Shown: positions 18,722 through 28,300, counted from the first letter of the stretch. The stretch: 63,727 nucleotides of DNA from Fidelibacterota bacterium (GCA_034659735.1 JAYEHX010000185.1:1-63727); one strand, 5' to 3'. Numbers and translations are program-made. The notes: a model not told the origin generated them from the sequence alone.

Positions 18722-19846
18722 ATGATTCCAGAAAAGAAATTGAATTTTGATAATTTAAAAACTGAAGTAATAGAAAAAGGAATCTGTGGACGATGTGGAG
18801 GTTGTATCTCTTTCTGTTCGGCGAATAGTATAGATGCTCTGGAAATGGGAATAGATGGTCTGCCACGATATAGTGATCAGGAAAAATGTTTAGATTGTGG
18901 ATTGTGTTATCTTGTTTGTCCGCAAATCAAAATTCTGAATGAAGAGGTAAAAGAGGAATTTGGTTGGAAGGAACCTATTGGTCAATATTTGGATATTTTT
19001 TCAGTGAGAACGACTGACGATGAAATTTTAGATGTGGCTACAGATGGTGGATTTGTCACATCTCTACTTATCAATATGCTTGAAAATCATGAAATTGACG
19101 GAGCTATTGTATCACAAAAAACCGGTTTGTTTTCCAGGCAACCTATTGTAGCAACAACCAGGGAAGAATTAATCTCTGCGGCAGGTTCGCACTTTGATGA
19201 ATCTCCGAATCTCAAAGAAGTTGGTGATAATTATTCATCTTATATTTCAGTAATCAAAACTCTTGATAAAGCTTCAACAAAAAAGTTTTCTAAATTGGCT
19301 GTTGTTGGAACTCCATGTCAGATTAATACAATCAGGAAAATGCAAGTTTTGGGAATTGTTCCTTCTGATATTATCATATTTACAATAGGATTATTTTGTT
19401 TGCAATGTTTTTCATTAGATGATTTGATGCAGAAAGATTTTGCACAAAAACATCATCTTACCTTAGATGATATATCGAATTTGAATATTAAAGAGCAATT
19501 TATGCTTCAAATGAAATCTGGAATAACTATTAATGTTCCTCTATCCGAAATTGAAACCATTGCAAGACCGGCATGTTTGGTCTGTGAAACTTTTTCAAAT
19601 GAATTTGCTGATGTTGCAGTAGGTGGTTTAGCTTCACCTCATGGATATACAACTGTAGTTGTTCGCTCAATTGCAGGAAAAAAAATGGTTGCTGATGCTC
19701 TTTATAATAGAGTTATCGAACATTGTGATGCAGAAAATATTCATAAATCGGATGTTGATAAACTAAAGAAACTTGCACTTATTGCAGATTTTTCAAACAT
19801 GAAAAGGGAACGAGGAAAATCTTATCTAGAACAGATTGGAAGATAA
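18722..19846 (+). CDS. FrhB/FdhB-family flavoprotein (coenzyme F420 hydrogenase/dehydrogenase beta-like) with N-terminal ferredoxin
   Basis: 'CGRCGGCISFC...CLDCGLCYLVCP', 'DGGFVTSLL', 'VVGTPCQINTIRK'. Confidence 0.75.
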   Translation: MIPEKKLNFDNLKTEVIEKGICGRCGGCISFCSANSIDALEMGIDGLPRYSDQEKCLDCGLCYLVCPQIKILNEEVKEEFGWKEPIGQYLDIFSVRTTDDEILDVATDGGFVTSLLINMLENHEIDGAIVSQKTGLFSRQPIVATTREELISAAGSHFDESPNLKEVGDNYSSYISVIKTLDKASTKKFSKLAVVGTPCQINTIRKMQVLGIVPSDIIIFTIGLFCLQCFSLDDLMQKDFAQKHHLTLDDISNLNIKEQFMLQMKSGITINVPLSEIETIARPACLVCETFSNEFADVAVGGLASPHGYTTVVVRSIAGKKMVADALYNRVIEHCDAENIHKSDVDKLKKLALIADFSNMKRERGKSYLEQIGR

Positions 19847-19899
19847 TCATTTTATAGATTTTAAGAATTAAAAAATGTAAAAACACAGGAAATTATTAA

Positions 19900-22800
19900 A
19901 TGGATAATATCGAAAAAAATAAAAAATCAGGTTCTGTTCTTGTAATTGGTGCAGGTATCGCGGGTATTCAATCGTCATTAGATCTTGCTGATTCCGGATA
20001 TAAAGTTCATCTACTCGAAAAGACACCAGCGATTGGTGGAGTTATGGCTCAATTGGATAAGACATTTCCAACAAATGATTGTGCGATGTGTGTTATTTCA
20101 CCTAAACTTGTGGAGTGTGGTCGTCATTTGAATATAAATTTGATGACGGATGCTAAGTTGAAAGAGGTGACAGGTGGTCCGGGAAATTTCAAAGTAAAAA
20201 TATATAAGCATCCAAGATTTGTAGATCTTGATAAATGTACAGGTTGTGGTGAATGTGAAAAAGTTTGTCCTGTACATGTTGATTCGGAATTTGATGAAGG
20301 ACTTGTGAGCCGAACTGCGATTTATAAACCTTATGCACAAGCATCACCAAATGCCTTCGTTATTGAAAAGAAAGAAACAGCTCCTTGTCAGATTTCTTGT
20401 CCGTCCGGAATTCATGTTCAGGGTTACATCGCATTGACAGCAGAAGGTAACTACAAAGAAGCTTATGAACTTATTCGAAAAAATAATCCTTTTGTCTCAA
20501 TTTGTGGACGAGTTTGTTTTCATCCATGTGAAACCGAATGTCGTAGAGGCGAATATGATGAGCCATTGGCAATTGCATCTATAAAACGATATATTGCAGA
20601 TTATGTACATTCACATCATGAAGAATTGGATCTTAAAGAAGCAATCGTTCCAAAAGATAAAGAAAAAGTTGCAATTATTGGTTCTGGTCCGGCTGGATTA
20701 TCCTGTGGATTTTATCTTGCCAGAAAAGGTTATCAAGTTACGATTTTTGAAAAAAATAGCAAGACCGGTGGAATGATGCGTTCCTGTATTCCTCCTTATC
20801 GACTTTCACGATATGAACTGGATTGGGAAATTGAACAAATTTTAAAAGAGGGAATTGAACTAAAAACTAATCATGCTATAAATTCCAATGAAGATATTGA
20901 AGTATTACGAAAAGAAGGATTTAAAGCTTTTTATATTGCAATAGGTGCTCAAAAAAGTATTTCATTAAAAATTCTCGGTGAAGATCTTAATGGAGTTTAT
21001 GGTGGTATAGATTTCCTTCATAAAGTTAATTATAAGGAAAAAATTAAAGTAGGGAAAAAAGTTGCCGTTATCGGTGGTGGAAATACTGCAATTGATTGTG
21101 CTCGTACTGCTCGCAGGATGGGTGCAGAAGTAAGTTTGATATACAGGCGTACAAGACGAGAAATGCCGGCAGAATATCATGAAATTCTTGCAGCGAAAGA
21201 AGAGGGTATAAAATTTATATTTCTTACAAATCCCGTAGAAAATATTGGGGAAAATGGTAAGCTGAAATCAATTAAATTTGATGTAATGAAACTTGGTGAA
21301 GCTGATGAAAGTGGTAGAAGAAGACCATTGCCGACTGGTGAACAATTTACTGAAGAATTTGATAATATGTTAATTGCAGTGTCTCAATCTCCTGATCTTG
21401 CTGTGCTTGATGGATCTGGTGTTGATACTACGAAATGGAATACAATTAAAGCAGACCCTGTAACTTTTGAGACGAATGTAAAAGATATTTTTGCAGGTGG
21501 TGATGTAGTACTTGGTCCTGCCTCTATTGTGGAAGCTGTGGGTCAGGCAAATGAAGCGGTAGTGTCTATAGATAGATATTTGCGTAGTGAAAATATTGCA
21601 GAAGGTAGAACAGAAAAACCGGAATATCGACCGACAAAAAAACAGACAGAGTTCGTACCTGAAGAACTTAGAGTGCCGATGCCGATGGTTTCTGCAAAAA
21701 AGCGTGTCACAAATTTTGATGAATGTGAAAAAGGATATTCAGAAGAAGAGGTTCAGAAAGAAGCTGCTCGTTGCCTGGAATGTGGAATCTGTTCCGGATG
21801 TTTAGAATGTGAATCTGTTTGTGAAGCAGATGCAATTTTACACTCAATGCATGGCGAAGTAGAAGAGATAAATGTTGGTGCAATTATTGTTGCAACAGGA
21901 GCGGATAAATTTGATCCGACAGCGATGCATCAGTATGGATACGGAAGATATAAAAATGTGCTAACAAGTATTCAATTTGAAAGAATTCTCGCGGCATCAG
22001 GACCTTTTGAAGGACATTTGCAAAGACCTGATGACGGGAAGTTACCAAAAAAGATTGCGTGGATACAGTGTGTTGGTTCGCGAACGGAAGACCAGCATAT
22101 GCCATATTGCTCCTCTGTATGCTGTATGTATGCGATGAAAGAGGCGATAATAGCAAAAGAACATGAGCCGACAATAGAGCCGACAATTTTCTATATGGAT
22201 ATGAGAGCATTTGGAAAAGATTTTGATAAATATTATGATAAAGCCGAACAATCTCAAGTGCGATTTGTTAGGTCGCGAGTTGGAAAAATAAGGGAAATAT
22301 CTGAGACGGGAAATTTAGAATTATATTACACAAAAGAGAATGGTAATGTTGAGATTGAAGAATTTGATCTCGTTGTTCTCTCTATCGGATTAAGACCGCC
22401 GGAAGATCTGAAAGAGATGTCAGATGTGCTTGATATTCGTTTAAATTCTTATGGCTTTATTGATCATCTTGATGCGATGCCAATCGAAACAACTCGGCCC
22501 GGAGTTTTTGTTTGTGGTCCAGCTGTTTCTCCTAAAGATATTCCGGAAACAGTAATGCAAGCATCTGGTTCTGTGGCGGGAGCAGCGGAGGTTTTAGCAA
22601 AAGTTCGTGGAACAGAAATTACAATAAAAGAATTTCCACCTGAGAAGAATGTATTTGGAGAAAAACCAAGAATTGGCGTTTTTGTCTGCCATTGCGGAAT
22701 CAATATTGGCAGTATTGTAGATGTTCCTGGAGTTGTTGAATATATTAAAAAATTACCAAATGTAGTTTATGCATCGGATAATCTATTCACCTGTTCACAA

Positions 22801-24363
22801 GATACACAGGTAAAAATAAAAGAAATCATCAAAGAATATAATCTCAACAGAGTCGTTGTCTCATCTTGTTCGCCATCTACTCACGAGCCACTTTTTCAGG
22901 AAACGATAAGAGAGGCAGGACTAAATCCGTATTTATTTGAAATGGCTAATATTCGAAATCATTGTAGTTGGGTGCATCGTGATGATCATGCAAAAGCGAC
23001 GATTAAAGCAAAAACTCTTACTAGAATCGCTGTCGGAAAAGTAGGATTATTAGAACCGCTAAAAACCATTGCACTTGATGTGACTCAAAAAGGAGTTATA
23101 ATTGGTGGTGGTTTAGCAGGAATGACTGCAGCTTTATCCATCGCCGAGCAGGGTTTTGAAGTGACTTTAGTAGAGCAGAAAGATAAACTTGGTGGTAATC
23201 TTCAACGGTTAAGAGAAACTTGTGCCGGTGAAAATATTCAAGATTATTTAAAGAAAATGATTAATAAAATTGACAAACATCCATTGATAACGGTTTGCAG
23301 AAATTCAAAAGTTACGAGTATTGAGGGATATATTGGGAATTATAAAACAACAATAAGAAACACAGAATCAAGAGAATCTAAAGAACATAAATACGGTATC
23401 ATAATTATCACAACGGGTGCAAATGAGACAAAACCGAGTTCTTATCTTTATGGAGAATCTGAAAATGTGATGACGCAACTTGAACTTGACGAAGCACTTA
23501 ATAGTAATAATGAACAATTCCAGAAAACAAAAAATGTTGTAATGATTCAATGTGTAGGTTCGAGAAATGACGAGCATCCATATTGTTCAAGAGTATGTTG
23601 CACACAATCAATAAAAAATGCTATTACACTTAAAAAAACAAATCCTAAAATGAATATTTTCGTATTATATCGAGATATCAGAACTTATGGATTTAATGAG
23701 AAATATTATCAAGAAGCTCGTCAACTTGGTGTGCTTTTTATGAGATATGAAGTAGATAGAAAACCTGAAGTGGAAATTATTGAGCAGGGGAAAAAGCAGA
23801 AAATTTCTGTAAATATAAGAGATCATGTAATGGGAGCGGATGTGGAAATAATTGCAGATAAACTCATTCTCGCATCTGCTATGGAACCTCAAAAAGATGC
23901 AAATGTAATATCACAAATGTTGAAAGTCCCGTTGAATGAAGATAGATTTTTTGTGGAAGCACATGTAAAACTTCGTCCTGTCGATTTTTCTGCCGAGGGA
24001 ATATTTTTAGCCGGATTAGCTCATTCGCCTAAGATGATGGCAGAGACAATTTCACAAGCGAAAGGTGCAGCGGAAAGAGCATGTACAATCATTAGTTCCG
24101 ATGAATATTTTTCAGAAGCGAATGTTTCTGTAGCAGATCCAAATGTATGTGTAGGTTGTGGGATGTGTGTTCCCGTCTGCCCTTATGATGCTCCGGGATT
24201 GGTTTCCAAAAATGGTAAAGAAATTTGTGAGGTGAATACTGCATTATGTAAAGGTTGCGGAAGTTGTGCTTCAATCTGTCCGTCCGGTGCTATGCAACAG
24301 CTGGGATTTAAAGAAGAACAAACTTTGGAAATGGTTAATCAGGCATTAGCTACTTTATTGTAA
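19900..24363 (+). CDS. hdrL: HdrL-type giant flavoprotein: double HdrA with inserted GltD/NfnB-like NAD(P)H oxidoreductase module (1487 aa)
   Basis: HdrA motifs 'VIGAGIAG', 'FPTNDCAMC', 'QCVGSRTEDQHMPYCSSVCC', 'FVCHCGINIG', 'IIGGGLAG' and 'QCVGSRNDEHPYCSRVCC'. The insert at about aa 161-620 has 'ICGRVCFHPCETECRRG', 'IIGSGPAGLSCGFYLARKG' and 'VIGGGNTAIDCARTARRMGA', typical of glutamate-synthase small-subunit-like proteins. Confidence 0.88.
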   Translation: MDNIEKNKKSGSVLVIGAGIAGIQSSLDLADSGYKVHLLEKTPAIGGVMAQLDKTFPTNDCAMCVISPKLVECGRHLNINLMTDAKLKEVTGGPGNFKVKIYKHPRFVDLDKCTGCGECEKVCPVHVDSEFDEGLVSRTAIYKPYAQASPNAFVIEKKETAPCQISCPSGIHVQGYIALTAEGNYKEAYELIRKNNPFVSICGRVCFHPCETECRRGEYDEPLAIASIKRYIADYVHSHHEELDLKEAIVPKDKEKVAIIGSGPAGLSCGFYLARKGYQVTIFEKNSKTGGMMRSCIPPYRLSRYELDWEIEQILKEGIELKTNHAINSNEDIEVLRKEGFKAFYIAIGAQKSISLKILGEDLNGVYGGIDFLHKVNYKEKIKVGKKVAVIGGGNTAIDCARTARRMGAEVSLIYRRTRREMPAEYHEILAAKEEGIKFIFLTNPVENIGENGKLKSIKFDVMKLGEADESGRRRPLPTGEQFTEEFDNMLIAVSQSPDLAVLDGSGVDTTKWNTIKADPVTFETNVKDIFAGGDVVLGPASIVEAVGQANEAVVSIDRYLRSENIAEGRTEKPEYRPTKKQTEFVPEELRVPMPMVSAKKRVTNFDECEKGYSEEEVQKEAARCLECGICSGCLECESVCEADAILHSMHGEVEEINVGAIIVATGADKFDPTAMHQYGYGRYKNVLTSIQFERILAASGPFEGHLQRPDDGKLPKKIAWIQCVGSRTEDQHMPYCSSVCCMYAMKEAIIAKEHEPTIEPTIFYMDMRAFGKDFDKYYDKAEQSQVRFVRSRVGKIREISETGNLELYYTKENGNVEIEEFDLVVLSIGLRPPEDLKEMSDVLDIRLNSYGFIDHLDAMPIETTRPGVFVCGPAVSPKDIPETVMQASGSVAGAAEVLAKVRGTEITIKEFPPEKNVFGEKPRIGVFVCHCGINIGSIVDVPGVVEYIKKLPNVVYASDNLFTCSQDTQVKIKEIIKEYNLNRVVVSSCSPSTHEPLFQETIREAGLNPYLFEMANIRNHCSWVHRDDHAKATIKAKTLTRIAVGKVGLLEPLKTIALDVTQKGVIIGGGLAGMTAALSIAEQGFEVTLVEQKDKLGGNLQRLRETCAGENIQDYLKKMINKIDKHPLITVCRNSKVTSIEGYIGNYKTTIRNTESRESKEHKYGIIIITTGANETKPSSYLYGESENVMTQLELDEALNSNNEQFQKTKNVVMIQCVGSRNDEHPYCSRVCCTQSIKNAITLKKTNPKMNIFVLYRDIRTYGFNEKYYQEARQLGVLFMRYEVDRKPEVEIIEQGKKQKISVNIRDHVMGADVEIIADKLILASAMEPQKDANVISQMLKVPLNEDRFFVEAHVKLRPVDFSAEGIFLAGLAHSPKMMAETISQAKGAAERACTIISSDEYFSEANVSVADPNVCVGCGMCVPVCPYDAPGLVSKNGKEICEVNTALCKGCGSCASICPSGAMQQLGFKEEQTLEMVNQALATLL

Positions 24364-24521
24364 TATTTGATACTTTATGCCTGTGGAATATTTTTAAATT
24401 TTTAATAATAATTTTTTTATTTGAGTTTATTATTTAAATAAGCAATGTTTTTGTTTTTATAAATTAAATTATTAAATTTATTATGTGTAATTAAAAAAAA
24501 TAGCTACAAAAGTAAAATCAA

Positions 24522-25769
24522 ATGAAAATAAAAATTCCTTATGGGAAAAACGAAAAATTAGAAGTTCAAGTTGAGGATAAATTTGTTTCTCAAATTGCAG
24601 AGACAAATGAAGTTTCAAAAAATAACGAATCGGAAATATTACAAAACGCTCTATCAAATCCATATAATTCTGTCAAACTTGATGAGTTTTTAGAAGATGC
24701 AAACGATGTTTTAATAATAGTAAATGATGGCACGAGACCGACTCCGACAAAGAAAGTATTAGAAATTATTTATGAAAAAATAAAAGTTAAAAATGTTAAG
24801 TTTCTAATTGCAACTGGAACTCATCGTGGTCCTACGGAAGAGGAATATTCTTATATTTTTGGTAGGTTTTATGAAGAATTTAAAGATGCGATTTTTGTTC
24901 ACGATGCAAAGAAAGAGCAGGAATTAATAAACATTGGAAAGACGAAAAGCGGAACGGAAATTATTATCAATAAGTTGGCAGTTGAATCGGATAAAATTAT
25001 TGTTATCGGATCGGTTGAGCCACACTATTTTGCAGGATATACAGGCGGAAGGAAAGGGATAATTCCCGGAATTTCTGCATATAAAACAATTGAGCAAAAT
25101 CATAAATTTGCAATGAGTTCAGAATCTGAAGGATTGAAACTTAAAGATAATCCTGTTCACGAGGATTTGATTGATGGATTGAGTAAATTCAAAAAAGATA
25201 TATTTTCTATCATGACGATTTTGGATAAAAATGACAATATTTATTTTGCAACTTCAGGGAATATCATCGATTCACTATTGCTGGCGACAGAAAAAGCGAA
25301 TGATGTTTTTGCTGTGAATATAAAAGAGAAAGCGGATATTGTCGTTGCAGTTGCTGAGTTTCCGATGGACTTGGATTTGTATCAATCATTGAAAGCAGTG
25401 GAAAATGGAAAATTAGCTCTGAAAAAAGATGGTATTTTTATACTTATCTCTAAATGTAATGATGGAATTGGAACTAAAGCATTTGAAAAAATATTAGAAA
25501 ATTCATCGGGAAATCACAAAGAAATTTTAAGTAAAAAAAATGTGGAATATAAATTGGGTTATCATATTTTGTATAGAAAAGCTCAATTGAGAACTTGGGC
25601 GAAATTATTTTCCGTAACAGATTTACCAAATGAAATTCTTGGCAAAATATTTTTTCAACAGTTTAACTCACCACAAACAGCAATTGATGAAGCAATCAAA
25701 GTAAAAGGTAAAAATTCTAAGATACTTTTTTTGATGAATGCCACGATGATAACTCCGATTATTGAGTGA
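24522..25769 (+). CDS. larA: LarA-family nickel-pincer-dependent 2-hydroxyacid racemase/epimerase, copy 1
   Basis: 'VNDGTRPTP', 'ATGTHRGPT', 'VEPHYFAGYTGGRKGIIPGI', 'EQNHKF'. These match the conserved LarA His/Lys motifs as I recall them. Confidence 0.8.
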   Translation: MKIKIPYGKNEKLEVQVEDKFVSQIAETNEVSKNNESEILQNALSNPYNSVKLDEFLEDANDVLIIVNDGTRPTPTKKVLEIIYEKIKVKNVKFLIATGTHRGPTEEEYSYIFGRFYEEFKDAIFVHDAKKEQELINIGKTKSGTEIIINKLAVESDKIIVIGSVEPHYFAGYTGGRKGIIPGISAYKTIEQNHKFAMSSESEGLKLKDNPVHEDLIDGLSKFKKDIFSIMTILDKNDNIYFATSGNIIDSLLLATEKANDVFAVNIKEKADIVVAVAEFPMDLDLYQSLKAVENGKLALKKDGIFILISKCNDGIGTKAFEKILENSSGNHKEILSKKNVEYKLGYHILYRKAQLRTWAKLFSVTDLPNEILGKIFFQQFNSPQTAIDEAIKVKGKNSKILFLMNATMITPIIE

Positions 25770-25786
25770 TTTTGGAAGTGATTAGC

Positions 25787-26100
25787 CACCGAATACACCG
25801 AAAGACACCGAAATTTTGGTCATTAGGTCATTGGGTCATTAGGTCATTGGGTCATTAGGTCATTGGGTCATTGTGGGTCATTGGGTCATTAAGTCATTGG
25901 GTCATTAAGTCATTGGGTCATTGGGTCATTTGGTATCGTGCACAAAAGTGTGTTTAAATCAATGACCATCGATGACAATTAATGACAACCAATGACAATG
26001 AATGACAATAAATGACAACAAATTCCTCTGCGTCTTCTTGCACTGAGCTTGTCGAAGTGTGCGTCTCTGCGGTAAAGTAAAATGACAATAAATGACAATC
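25787..26100. repeat. composite short-period repeat block with opposed GGTCATT / AATGAC arrays
   Basis: CACCGAAW x3 (25787-25814). GGTCATTR about 14 units, period 8 (25818-25933). AATGACA period-10 array x6 (25961-26020). A 22-mer (26037-26059). AATGACAAT x2 (26080-26100). Confidence 0.9.
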
Positions 26101-26317
26101 AATAATATTAAAAATAAATAAAGCAACAAATATTTATAAAATATAAAAAGTAGTGGTATTTTACAATAATTTTTATTATATTTACCTCTGTGAAATAAAG
26201 AAGTAGGAGACAGATTGTGAATGGTCAGATAATGATAAATAAAAAAAAATATTTTGAGTTGTTGATGAGCATCTGCATTTTTAATATAATAATATTAATA
26301 TAAAAAAGGAGAATGAA

Positions 26318-28216
26318 GTGAGTGTTAACGAAAATTTAGAACTTATTTTGTCGAAATGTGATGATGCAAATCGAAAAAAACTTCAAGTTATTAAAAATGA
26401 GAGTATTTTATCTAAAATTGCGGAGAGAATAGAACTCTGTAATCCTGATAATTTATTTATTCAAACAGGAAGTAAAGAAGACAAAGAGTTTGTTAAAAAA
26501 ATGGTATTGGAAGTTGGTGAAGAAGAGAAGTTGAAAATGGAAGGTCATACAATTCACTTTGATCCTCCTTATGAACAGGGTAGAATTGTAGCACAAACTT
26601 ATGCAATAGAAGACAAGGGTGTTTATACAAGTTCACTTGCGAATGCAATGCCGAGAGCAGAAGCAGATGAATTAATAGTGAATAAGATGAAAGGTATTAT
26701 GAAAGGAAAAACAATGATAGTTGGTTTTTATGTTCGTGGACCTGTTGGAGCACCGACTGCTTTTGCATCATTGACGCTTTCAGATACTTGGTATCTCGTT
26801 CATCAGCAGGATAATCTTTATAAATGTAATCCTGTTGATTTCGTAAAACAGGTTGAACTTATCGGTTTTTTCTATACAAATACTCACAGTAAAGGAACAT
26901 TAAATACTAAAGATGCCTATGTTTTAACTGACAGAAAAAAACAAGAAACTTGGGCATGGAATGTTTCATATCTTGGAAATTGTGCTCTAATTAAAAAAGG
27001 ACATCACAGATTATCAAACGATGATGCAATTTATAAAAACAGAGGATCGCGACTTTCCGAACATATGTTTATTACAGGAATAAAAATGAAAGATGGTTCT
27101 GTTTCTTGGATTGATGGTGCTGCACCAAGTGGATGTGGAAAGACGACAACAGCTATGGCTGGCGATACATTTGTTGGTGATGATTTAGCACAAATATGGA
27201 TTGCCGAAGATGGGACAATTCGTTCTATAAATCCTGAATTTGGAATATTTGGAATTGTTAGAGATGTTAATCTTGAAGGTGATCCTGTTTTAATGGATAG
27301 GTTAAGAAAGAAGGGTTCGGAAGTGATTTGGTCAAATGTTTTAGTTTCTGATGGAGTTCCGTATTGGGAAGGAAATAATGAAGAAGTTCCTGAAAGTGGA
27401 AAGAATTTTCAAGGCGAATGGACAAAAGGGAAAAAAAATGCAGATGGAAAAGAAATTCCAATTTCACATCCAAATGCAAGGGCAACAATTAGAGCAAATC
27501 AATTAAGTAATTATAATGAAAAATCGGCAGATAATCCAAACGGAGTTGAAACAAAAGTATTTACTTATAGTGGACGAGATGCGGATACAATGCCACCTGT
27601 AGTTGCTGCTTTGAATTCTGAAGAAGGTGTAACATTTGGTGCGGATATTACATCTGCAACAACAGCAACAGAAGTTGGAGCAAAAGGTGAAGTGAAAAGA
27701 TCTCCTTGGGCAAATGCTCCATTTTTCTTAGGTGCTTTGGGTGATTATATGGATGGACAATTTCAATTTTTTACAAATCCTAAATTAAAAGAGAGACCTG
27801 TTTTAGCATCTTTGAATTATTTCTTAACTGAAGAAGCTCGTGGTGGCTCTACAAAAAAACTTCTTGGTGAAAAACGAGATGTCAAAGTTTGGTTAACTTG
27901 GTTAGCACGACTTGCAAATAAGGAATTAAAAGGAATGAAAACTGCATTGGGAATAATACCGACATTTGAAGAATTAGATTCATTATTTAAAGAACTTATT
28001 CCGAGTAAAAATTATACAAAAGAGTTGTATGATAAACAATTTTCATTGTATATTGATAAAATTATTAAGATAATAGATATGCAGATAGAAGCATATAAAA
28101 AAGAGGTAAATGTTCCTGATATTTATTTTGAAACACAAGATAAGAAAAAAGCAAGATTAGAAGAATTAAAGAATTCAAAAGGGTCAATTGTAAAACCTGA
28201 TGATTTAAGTAAATGA
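26318..28216 (+). CDS. pckG: phosphoenolpyruvate carboxykinase, GTP-type (divergent)
   Basis: 632 aa with GTG start 7 nt after GGAGA. P-loop 'APSGCGKTTTAMAG' corresponds to the 'FPSACGKTN' kinase-1a motif. Length and overall pattern fit GTP-PEPCK. Confidence 0.8.
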   Translation: MSVNENLELILSKCDDANRKKLQVIKNESILSKIAERIELCNPDNLFIQTGSKEDKEFVKKMVLEVGEEEKLKMEGHTIHFDPPYEQGRIVAQTYAIEDKGVYTSSLANAMPRAEADELIVNKMKGIMKGKTMIVGFYVRGPVGAPTAFASLTLSDTWYLVHQQDNLYKCNPVDFVKQVELIGFFYTNTHSKGTLNTKDAYVLTDRKKQETWAWNVSYLGNCALIKKGHHRLSNDDAIYKNRGSRLSEHMFITGIKMKDGSVSWIDGAAPSGCGKTTTAMAGDTFVGDDLAQIWIAEDGTIRSINPEFGIFGIVRDVNLEGDPVLMDRLRKKGSEVIWSNVLVSDGVPYWEGNNEEVPESGKNFQGEWTKGKKNADGKEIPISHPNARATIRANQLSNYNEKSADNPNGVETKVFTYSGRDADTMPPVVAALNSEEGVTFGADITSATTATEVGAKGEVKRSPWANAPFFLGALGDYMDGQFQFFTNPKLKERPVLASLNYFLTEEARGGSTKKLLGEKRDVKVWLTWLARLANKELKGMKTALGIIPTFEELDSLFKELIPSKNYTKELYDKQFSLYIDKIIKIIDMQIEAYKKEVNVPDIYFETQDKKKARLEELKNSKGSIVKPDDLSK

Positions 28217-28300
28217 ATGATGTTTTATTTAAAAATAAATTTTAAGAGATAAATAATCTAAATTTAGAATAAAACTAAAAGAATAATAATAGGAGAAAAA

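Noticed and set aside
24364-24521. Promoter or leader upstream of larA1, and the absence of an SD before its ATG.
   Set aside because: The region is uniformly AT-rich. I could not single out a credible -35/-10 or Bacteroidetes-type TAnnTTTG element, so no feature is called.
25818-26020. Possible CRISPR array (regularly spaced repeats).
   Set aside because: The period is only 8-10 nt with no unique spacers, and no cas genes or leader are present. It is a microsatellite-type array, not CRISPR.
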